Source: Fibrobacteria bacterium (GTDB lineage: Bacteria; Fibrobacterota; Fibrobacteria; UBA11236; JADFYW01). From it: a DNA stretch of 64,000 nt. The stretch lies in the NCBI GenBank assembly GCA_050294405.1, contig JBNKOC010000016.1:288001-352000 (forward strand), given 5' to 3'. The translations under genes and the position numbers were made by a program. The notes beneath the pieces are model-generated. The model did no database searches. It was not told the DNA's origin and saw only the letters and a program-made list of their open reading frames with translations. Each line of letters starts with the position of its first letter. The stretch's first letter is position 1. Positions 20,009 to 27,637 of this stretch are shown here, in pieces.

Positions 20009-22057
20009 TTATTGATTGGAGCCCCAGCCCGGATAGGGTCTGGCTTGTTTCATTATCAGCTTTGGTTCTGAATTGGGATCGGCGCCAATGGGCTGGTCAA
20101 ATTTAAACTCCGTATCCATGGCATACCATTTGTTTGGATCGCTTCCGTATAGCCCCATAAAAAAGCGGTGTATTTCTTTTAAGGCGATTCCCAGCTTATA
20201 GGTTTGAGCCGTGGTAAGAACATTTTGCCCTTCAGGAACAAGGGAAGAATGGGCAATGAAAACAATGGGTTGGCCTGGCATATCAAAATGGTATACAAAT
20301 TGGTCTGTGGTAATACCAACATCAGGCTGCACCACAGAAGCTTCGCCTTCTTGAACATTTACATAAAAGCCGGGTTCGCTTCCTGTGGGATCAAATGGGT
20401 TTGCCGTAATGGCCACACCGTTGGCTTCTTCATCGGGAAAGGAATTGTGAACTAAAAGAGCCATTCCTACGGTCTGATGATCTATATTGCGATAGCTTCT
20501 CTCTTCAAAAGCTCGGAAATACCAAACGCTGGCCCATACTTCCCGGATGGCATCGTCTACAGGATCTGATGGGTCATTGGGATCCCCGCTTTTCGAAGTG
20601 TACAATCCTGCTCCGGTGAAACCGTCCAAATCCTCTGCATTTGTGCTGCTGCGAAATCTCATTTTTATCCCGGGATATTCATTATTTAATTTTTCCATTA
20701 ACTCGGTCTCAAATGCGGAATCAAGCGGGGCATCCATCATATCGGCGCGCAGGGCTTTCAATTTTAAATCCCTATAGGTTGGGTTTGCTTGAAATTGAGA
20801 ATCTGCCAGAAATTCATCTACACGTTGGTTGAAGCCGTTTTGTTCCATAAACTGCCAGTAATAGTATACCGGGATACCAAAGGCTTTGGGGTAAGGCACT
20901 TTTTCATTGTCCATATGTGGAAAGGCTGCAAAGTGGCTGGCTTTTCCTCCATAAGCGGGAATGGCTTGCTTGAGAGCTTCCCCTAAGCTAAGGTTCTCTA
21001 AATCCAAAATATTTTCAATGTCTCTGAGTTCTTTTGTGTCCAAATCCAGGTTGGGAACCTGTACTTCTTCAGGCTTATGATCTTCCCACCATGCGTCGGC
21101 TTCTGCAGCGGTTACTTCTTTAATGCTAAAGTCAAAAGCGCTGACTTCCAGCTCCACCCACTTATCCTCCAGAGCTCTGAGCTCCGGATCATTAAATGCT
21201 TCTTTTAGGCCCATGTTTGGAGTGCCTCTGTTTTGAGACAACACGTTAATGTGGGACAGCGGAGTTTGGAATTCCTGGGTTATAATTCCATTTACAACGG
21301 AAATATCATTGGGAACGGCATCCAACACTACAATATCGCGAAAACCAACATACTCTGTTTCCAATTCTTTGGCGGTTATAAAAATGAGCCTTCCCAGGCT
21401 TTTTCCATAATTCAGTGGTTGGTAAGTAATGTCCTTGAATAACTCTTGGGTGGAAATGGTTTTAAACTCAGAAGAAAGCTTTTTGGCTTCCAATTCTATG
21501 GTGAGACTGGTGGGGTGGAATTTTAATTCCTCTCCGAAGTATGCGGACTCCATTATTTTTCCCAGAGCTAAGGCTATCATTTCAGCGGAGGCGTTGTCGT
21601 AGGGGGCAATTTCATAGGCCCAAGTGTCTGAACTTTCGTAATATGTTATGGACCCCAGGATAAACCTTCTGTTGGGACTATAATATTCAGTCTGATTAAA
21701 CTGGGATAGTGGGGGGACAATGGGTTTCCCATCGCCTGATAGGTTGGTTGAGGTGAAGTCCCAATGTATTTGATATTTTTGGCTGTTTTGAAAATAAAGT
21801 TTTTCCCCATCCTCTAAATCCACAACTGTTTTTAGTGATATGGCCCCAGGTATGGAGGCATCCAGGGGCTCAGACGATAAAGCCTGGAAGTCCTCTTCAC
21901 ATCCAATTTGAGTTGAAAAATTTGGGCTTTCATCGGTTTTAATTTGGCATTCCCAGTTTTTTTCATCCTCCTTTTTATCGGAGGATAGGTTGCAGGAAAG
22001 AATTACCAGGGAAGACAGGGTTGTCACAAAAGAAAATTTTATTTTGGATTTAATCAT
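20009..22057 (-). CDS. Lipoprotein with a phospho-His-like motif and a C-terminal PPDK/PEP-synthase nucleotide-binding (ATP-grasp) domain
   Basis: Lipobox ILSC; TPLSHINVLSQNRGTP; YGGKA, RFRSSTNAED, FTGAGLYTS, VWAS, DTEFK, KQARPY. Confidence 0.8.
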   Translation of the reverse strand: MIKSKIKFSFVTTLSSLVILSCNLSSDKKEDEKNWECQIKTDESPNFSTQIGCEEDFQALSSEPLDASIPGAISLKTVVDLEDGEKLYFQNSQKYQIHWDFTSTNLSGDGKPIVPPLSQFNQTEYYSPNRRFILGSITYYESSDTWAYEIAPYDNASAEMIALALGKIMESAYFGEELKFHPTSLTIELEAKKLSSEFKTISTQELFKDITYQPLNYGKSLGRLIFITAKELETEYVGFRDIVVLDAVPNDISVVNGIITQEFQTPLSHINVLSQNRGTPNMGLKEAFNDPELRALEDKWVELEVSAFDFSIKEVTAAEADAWWEDHKPEEVQVPNLDLDTKELRDIENILDLENLSLGEALKQAIPAYGGKASHFAAFPHMDNEKVPYPKAFGIPVYYYWQFMEQNGFNQRVDEFLADSQFQANPTYRDLKLKALRADMMDAPLDSAFETELMEKLNNEYPGIKMRFRSSTNAEDLDGFTGAGLYTSKSGDPNDPSDPVDDAIREVWASVWYFRAFEERSYRNIDHQTVGMALLVHNSFPDEEANGVAITANPFDPTGSEPGFYVNVQEGEASVVQPDVGITTDQFVYHFDMPGQPIVFIAHSSLVPEGQNVLTTAQTYKLGIALKEIHRFFMGLYGSDPNKWYAMDTEFKFDQPIGADPNSEPKLIMKQARPYPGWGSNQ

Positions 22058-22445
22058 AATTCTAATATATACGGGTTCAATTTTTTTTAATAGCTAATTT
22101 GGGGAATAAAAAATAATAAGATCACCCCCGTAGCCCAGTTTGTTGCCTCAAAAGGAAGTGTGTTTTAAAATATAGAGTAGGCCATGATTTTTTCTACTCA
22201 CTTGGCTTTTGGAGTATGTGTATTTATTCACCAATTGGAGTACAATATTGACGAAAATTTCCCAGAAAATTTGGCTATTTTGGCTTAATTCTTAAGTATG
22301 AAGATTGGGGAAAGGATTATTCCGCAGGCAATAATCTGTGGACCAAATGCCTTTGGTTTTGGACCATAAGTTTTTATTCACAACCTCCATTGTTTTCAGT
22401 AAATTTAGGGCAAGACATTAACAAGCCTTAGGATTAGGAAAATTT

Positions 22446-24239
22446 ATGTTTAAAAGTTCTTTGTTTTTTTTAGCCATGTTAGGGTGGGCAAGTTTCGCCT
22501 TTTCCCAAATCATTATCACGGAAATCCATTACTTTCCTTTGGATGCAGATACTGTCAGCCATACGGAATTAGAGTTTATCGAAATTAAAAACATTGGAAG
22601 CGATACATTGGACCTCAGCAACATATCTTTTACCAAAGGTATTGATTATCAATTCAAGGCTGGAGATTTTATTGCGCCGGATTCTTTTTTGGTTTTGGCT
22701 TCCAACTATGTGGAGTTTTATAATCGCTATCAGTTTAATGCCTTTGATGAATTCCAGGGCCAGTTGAGCAATAGCGGAGAAGAGGTTGAAATTTCGGATG
22801 TTGCCCTTGACACTGTTTTGTTTTCTGTAAATTATTCAGCCTCTCCTCCCTGGCCATTGGGCCCTGCGGGAAATGGGCCATCTTTGGTGGCCATACATCA
22901 GGACAGTCTTTTTGCAACTCAGCTCGCCTCTAATTGGAGTGTGTCTTCCCTTAACAATGGGAAGCCAGGTGAAGAGGATGTCGCAGCTGATATTGCTCCG
23001 ATTATAATTACAGAATTACTGACACATACCGATTTGCCGCAGCTGGATGCTATTGAAATTTTTAACCCGGGGACAGATGCCGTTGACATTGGCGGATGGT
23101 TCCTTAGCGACAATAAAAATATGCCTAAAAAATACAGGATACCCGATTCCGCTATTATTAATGGGGGAGAATATTTGGTATTTGATGAAAGCGATTTTAA
23201 TGCAGAACCGGACTCTGAGGGAAGTTTTGCCCTCGGGGCCCATGGAGGGGAAGCCTTTATTTTTTCAGCGGACAGCGCTGGCCAATTGACCGGGTATGTT
23301 CATGGTGTGGAATTTGGCGAATTGGAAAATGGGCAATCCTTCGGGCGTTATGAAAACTCCACAGGAGAAATTCACTATACAATTTTAGAAGAATTAACAT
23401 TGGGCAGTGAAAATGCCACTCCTTTGGTGGGCCCTCTTGTTATTTCCGAAATAATGTACAATCCGGGCCTGGAAGGCTTTGAATATATTCGAATAGAAAA
23501 TATTACAGATGAGGAAATACCCCTTTACGATCCCGACTATCCTCAAAATAGTTGGAAAGTTTCAGGTTTGAATTTTGATTTTCCTGCTGCGCTTTCTATA
23601 GCTCCGAAGGCCAGTTTGATTGTGGCCATGGGAGTTGAAAACGAACTGGATTTTCGCCTTCATTATAAAATCAATTCCTCCGTACCGCTTGTGATTTCCA
23701 AAGGGCAGTTGTCTAATGGCGGAGAAACTTTAACCCTAAAAAAACCCGAAGAGCCCTTTGTGGATTCTTCCTCTATGAAAGAGGTTGTTCCTTATATGGA
23801 TGTGGATAAGGTGAAATATTCAGATAATGCTCCTTGGCCTACTGATGCTGATGGCATCGGGTTCGCCTTAAAAAGAGTTGAAATTGAATCCTATGGAAAC
23901 GATGCCGCTAACTGGGTAGCAGCTCTTCCAGGTTTTCCGGATATGGCAAGCAGTCAGGACAGCATCTCAGTCTCGGCTGCCGTTTTTCAAACAGATATGT
24001 TACCTGCTATTTTAAATTTATATATGGAGGCTGAAAGCCAAGTGGATTCCATTGATGCCAGAATTAAAAATGAGGACAATTCAGAGACTATTATTTTTAG
24101 TCCTATAAAAAATTCTAAAACCCGTTTCAGCGCCCAAGTTCTTGACCTGGCTCCAGGCAATTATTCTTTGCAGATTTTAGCCAGAGATTCAGATGGAAAG
24201 CAAGGGATAGTAGTTAAAAGTTTTGCGAGGAAACCATGA
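22446..24239 (+). CDS. Secreted protein with three tandem lamin-tail domains and a C-terminal Ig-like domain
   Basis: Signal peptide; three LTD starts (IIITEIHY, IIITELLT, LVISEIMY) with EFIEI/DAIEI/EYIRI and LSNxGE motifs. Confidence 0.8.
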   Translation: MFKSSLFFLAMLGWASFAFSQIIITEIHYFPLDADTVSHTELEFIEIKNIGSDTLDLSNISFTKGIDYQFKAGDFIAPDSFLVLASNYVEFYNRYQFNAFDEFQGQLSNSGEEVEISDVALDTVLFSVNYSASPPWPLGPAGNGPSLVAIHQDSLFATQLASNWSVSSLNNGKPGEEDVAADIAPIIITELLTHTDLPQLDAIEIFNPGTDAVDIGGWFLSDNKNMPKKYRIPDSAIINGGEYLVFDESDFNAEPDSEGSFALGAHGGEAFIFSADSAGQLTGYVHGVEFGELENGQSFGRYENSTGEIHYTILEELTLGSENATPLVGPLVISEIMYNPGLEGFEYIRIENITDEEIPLYDPDYPQNSWKVSGLNFDFPAALSIAPKASLIVAMGVENELDFRLHYKINSSVPLVISKGQLSNGGETLTLKKPEEPFVDSSSMKEVVPYMDVDKVKYSDNAPWPTDADGIGFALKRVEIESYGNDAANWVAALPGFPDMASSQDSISVSAAVFQTDMLPAILNLYMEAESQVDSIDARIKNEDNSETIIFSPIKNSKTRFSAQVLDLAPGNYSLQILARDSDGKQGIVVKSFARKP

Positions 24240-24805
24240 AATATTTTACATACTTGGTATTATTTGCCTTTTTAGTAGCCTGTTTTGACGGAAAGAAAGA
24301 TAGTGAAAATAAAGAATTGACCTTACACTTAAGCAAGGGTTGGGATTACTTTTTGGATACTGATTATTCCAAATCAAAAAGTTCTTTTGAAGCGGCATTG
24401 GAAGAGGACGGGAAGAGCGAAGAAGCTCTTTGCGGAAAAGCCTGGTCAAACTTGCGGTTAAATGAATTCCAAATTGCCCAAGAGGAATTTGAAGGGGGAT
24501 TGGAAGCTAATTCGGAAAGTGTGTGCTTTGCGGCTGGCCTTGCCTATTCCAATTTGGCTTTGGAGAATTATTCAGATGCTTTGGCAAACTTTGCTAACTT
24601 GAAGGCAATGTTGTCTGAGGAAAAAATAAGCCTGGGCCCAGATTTTGATTTAGATTCTTCGGACTTAAATAAAAGTTACGCCTGGTCTTTGTTTATGGAA
24701 AATGATTCAGAGGGCTTAAAGGATTTGTATAAGGATGTTTATCCGGATGAAAGCGCAAACTCAAAGGGCTCCATTGAATTGTTGGAAGAAATTTTAAAGC
24801 TGTAA
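24236..24805 (+). CDS. TPR-like lipoprotein
   Basis: Lipobox LVAC; helical repeats (KGWDYF...FEAAL...EALCGKAW); ATGA overlap with the upstream gene. Confidence 0.7.
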   Translation: MKYFTYLVLFAFLVACFDGKKDSENKELTLHLSKGWDYFLDTDYSKSKSSFEAALEEDGKSEEALCGKAWSNLRLNEFQIAQEEFEGGLEANSESVCFAAGLAYSNLALENYSDALANFANLKAMLSEEKISLGPDFDLDSSDLNKSYAWSLFMENDSEGLKDLYKDVYPDESANSKGSIELLEEILKL

Positions 24806-24815
24806 ATTACATCTT

Positions 24816-26426
24816 TTAAAATGGCAAGTGCACCACAGATTGGGCGGAAAATATTTTTTGTTGCTCAATGCTAACATAATAGATGCCGTGTTGTAATTTT
24901 GTTCCTTTGTTTAAAGGAACTCTCAACTGAAAAAATTCAGGGGATATTTTTTTGCTAAAAATTAATTGTCCCCGCTTGTCCGACACTTTTAAAAGAAAAT
25001 TTTCTTTATTTTTTAAGTGGATTTCCAAAACAGGAAACTCAGAATCACCGACAATATTGGAAAAAAATTCCTTTTTGCCCTTGAACTTAAAATCCGGCTG
25101 GTCAAAAAAACAACTGCCATCATCCATATTTGCTTCCGGGTTGTAATTTTTTGATTTTTCTTTGGTACAACCTTTGATAGCTTTTTTTCTGGGATAAATT
25201 CGTGTTATGGCATCCCCTTTTTGGGGTTGCCAAATTTTAGCTCCATTGGGAAGTGTAAATGGAGCATCGTAACTAATATACGGAATGGAATCTGAATTTT
25301 CGGGTACCATAATGGTTAATAGATTTATTTTTTCAGGCGAAAATTGCAGCCAATTAAACTCATGAAAGGCTCCATAGCCCTGGACCCAATCATATATATT
25401 TTGCACCGTCCTTAATGGTACTCCCCAGCAGCCTTCTCCAATGTAAATGGTTCCCCACTCATCATCCCGGGTATATTTTCCCGGTGAAACAGCAGAGGGC
25501 TTTATAGGGTAGCTGCGTTTGACCACATGGGAGTGGGATTCCCCGGCAATGTGGAATCCCAAGTCATATATCAACCGGGACCAGTTATCATACATGCCAT
25601 GCATAAAAGACTTCGGCCCAATAGGGGAAATAGGGGAATGCCAATGGGCCATCTTCCATTGAAAATCTTTTTGAGCCATATCTTCTTTTAAGGCCTTGGC
25701 CTGCTCGGCGTAGTTTCCTTTTTCCGAATTTAGTACCCACAATTTCAAAAAATTTTCTCCAATGTTAATGGGGTAAACATTGTCAGGAGTTGGGGTGTCA
25801 AAAAGCTTATGGACATCTTCATCCGTTTCGTGGTTTCCCCGGGTGGGAATAAGGGGGATTATAAGCCCGTCTTCACCAATAGTATGTTGCCAATCTTCAA
25901 GCCAATATTGCCAGGAAAGGGGATCGCTTACATTGATGAAGTCCCCCCCAAATGCCACAAAATGCGGCCTGAATTTTTTGACCATCTTATTCACGGAAAT
26001 TCGGCCAGTCCTATTGCTCCGGCTGTCTCCTCCATGGACCACACTTAATTCTTTTGGATATTGGGCAATTGTGCGAAATTTGAATCGGGGGCTAAGGGAG
26101 TTGTTGTCCGCAATCACGAAGTAATAAACCTGCCCGTCTGCCAAATTATTTAGACGCGCAAAGTGATTATTCATTTCCTTATGCGAATTGCTGTGCTGGG
26201 GGATTAGCTTATGTTCATATTTGCTTGTGTCTTGGCCAAAATCTTCTAAACCATAATATACAATGGGCTTTTCTCCATCAAGCTGGTTCCAGGCAATGGT
26301 TATTTCACTGGATGGATTTCCTGCAAATACGGTCCTATACTTGTCAGTGCGGCTATGAGAAAAGCCCCATATACCAAGTAAGATAAATAAAAAGCTAAAA
26401 AGCGATTTTACTTTAATATGTCCCAT
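24816..26426 (-). CDS. Secreted purple-acid-phosphatase-like metallophosphoesterase with N-terminal FN3 and T9SS-like tail
   Basis: GDSR, GGD, GNHE, AHWH, ESHSH metal-ligand blocks; signal peptide; start moved to 26426. Confidence 0.85.
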   Translation of the reverse strand: MGHIKVKSLFSFLFILLGIWGFSHSRTDKYRTVFAGNPSSEITIAWNQLDGEKPIVYYGLEDFGQDTSKYEHKLIPQHSNSHKEMNNHFARLNNLADGQVYYFVIADNNSLSPRFKFRTIAQYPKELSVVHGGDSRSNRTGRISVNKMVKKFRPHFVAFGGDFINVSDPLSWQYWLEDWQHTIGEDGLIIPLIPTRGNHETDEDVHKLFDTPTPDNVYPINIGENFLKLWVLNSEKGNYAEQAKALKEDMAQKDFQWKMAHWHSPISPIGPKSFMHGMYDNWSRLIYDLGFHIAGESHSHVVKRSYPIKPSAVSPGKYTRDDEWGTIYIGEGCWGVPLRTVQNIYDWVQGYGAFHEFNWLQFSPEKINLLTIMVPENSDSIPYISYDAPFTLPNGAKIWQPQKGDAITRIYPRKKAIKGCTKEKSKNYNPEANMDDGSCFFDQPDFKFKGKKEFFSNIVGDSEFPVLEIHLKNKENFLLKVSDKRGQLIFSKKISPEFFQLRVPLNKGTKLQHGIYYVSIEQQKIFSAQSVVHLPF

Positions 26427-26463
26427 TCCAGTCCCAGTATTATTAAGGTAGATAATCAAGGCC

Positions 26464-27312
26464 TTAGGGCAAAGCGGCTTTTTGTCTCTTAGCATGGCCT
26501 ATCTCAATTATTAAAAATAGCGGGATTAGACAGTGGGGAAGCCTTACCAGAAAAGCGGGAATCCATTCTCTCAGGCTTAAAATTAAAATAGAGGGGTCAA
26601 TAAAGCTAAGAGGCCTGGCCAGGGCTGTGAGAGCGCCCCAAATGGCCATATACCACAAACAAATTTTTTCGCTTTTAGACCAGAAAATTCCAAAGCTTGC
26701 GAGAATGTCTAATATTCCTGCCATTTTTAAAAAAATCACAATGCTTGAGTATTCATTCAGGGGTGTTAACCTTTGCACCATGGTGGAAAATTGGGCAGGC
26801 ACTTGGTAGTAGCCGATGGCAAACAACCCATGACCCACAAAAACAGCCACCAGGCATAACTTTATGAGCAGGTAAAAAACAGGGGATTTCTTGTTTCCAT
26901 AAAAAAACATCAAAATCAAGGGAGGAGCCCATTGAAGGGTCATTTCAATAAAAGCGCCATTTGCGGATAATTTGGATAGGTAAAATAAATAGGAATAAAA
27001 CAACAAGCCGCCGGAGGATATGGTTAGTACTAAAATTTTAAGTTTGTTGAATTTCTTTTGGAAAATCAAAAAGACGGCTGCGGCAATATATCCTGTTCCC
27101 AGTAGTTTCGTAAATAGGCGAATGTGGTGATCTGAGCTGTAAGACCATTGTCTCCAGCTTATATGGAACAAGTTCAAAATGGGCTGGACAAAAGATTCCT
27201 TCCACAATAATTCCCGATAAGGCGCATCCCAAAAAAAATGCTCAAGGCCTCTTCCCATTAAAAGAAGTATACAGGATAGCCATAATAATTTTTCCGCAAG
27301 TTTATTTCTCAT
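26464..27312 (-). CDS. Conserved polytopic membrane protein (DoxX-like halves), function unknown
   Basis: About eight hydrophobic segments; similar halves (LLMGRGLEHF / VFVGHGLFAI); start moved to MRNKL. Confidence 0.6.
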   Translation of the reverse strand: MRNKLAEKLLWLSCILLLMGRGLEHFFWDAPYRELLWKESFVQPILNLFHISWRQWSYSSDHHIRLFTKLLGTGYIAAAVFLIFQKKFNKLKILVLTISSGGLLFYSYLFYLSKLSANGAFIEMTLQWAPPLILMFFYGNKKSPVFYLLIKLCLVAVFVGHGLFAIGYYQVPAQFSTMVQRLTPLNEYSSIVIFLKMAGILDILASFGIFWSKSEKICLWYMAIWGALTALARPLSFIDPSILILSLREWIPAFLVRLPHCLIPLFLIIEIGHAKRQKAALP

Positions 27313-27343
27313 ATTTGTTTGATTTATCAATTTGGAAAAAAAA

Positions 27344-27371
27344 TAACAATGAATGACAATCTTCTGACAAT
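27344..27371 (-). promoter_or_regulatory. Pho-box-like direct repeat
   Basis: Minus strand ATTGTCA-GAAG-ATTGTCA-TTC-ATTGTTA: TGTCA units 11 bp apart, about 30-60 bp upstream of the membrane protein/phosphatase operon. Confidence 0.5.
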
Positions 27372-27427
27372 TTAAGAATGCTTGATTTAAAAAAGGCTTA
27401 AAATGACACAATTTTTGTATTCATTAT

Positions 27428-27444
27428 CTGGCCTGTTTTTTGCG
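27428..27444 (+). promoter_or_regulatory. Sigma54 (-24/-12) promoter of the redox operon
   Basis: CTGGCCTGTTTTTTGCG: GG at 27430-31 and GC at 27442-43, exactly 10 nt apart. Confidence 0.65.
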
Positions 27445-27637
27445 TTTGTGTTGTTGTAGCAATCGAATACCGGTCCGGCCGGCCCTTTGCCCTTTATAAG
27501 CAAAGAATAATTAACCGGAGATCGAAAGATTGGTAATAGAGATCGGGCTAAAGGGCTGTGTGCCAAATTTCATAGCGGTCTCAGGAAAATGTTGCTAGCT
27601 CTTCTATACATATGAGCCCAATTACCGCTGGAACACT

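Noticed and set aside
20009..22057. Calling this ppsA/ppdK
   Set aside because: Lipoprotein signal, reversed domain order and no pyruvate-binding domain
22058..22445. ncRNA in the divergent intergenic region (gagtag/ctactc and gattatt/aataatc stems)
   Set aside because: Short stems expected by chance in AT-rich DNA; no recognisable family
27319..27330. FNR box upstream of the redox operon (ttgat-tt-atcaa)
   Set aside because: Spacer is 2 nt, not the 4 nt of TTGAT-N4-ATCAA
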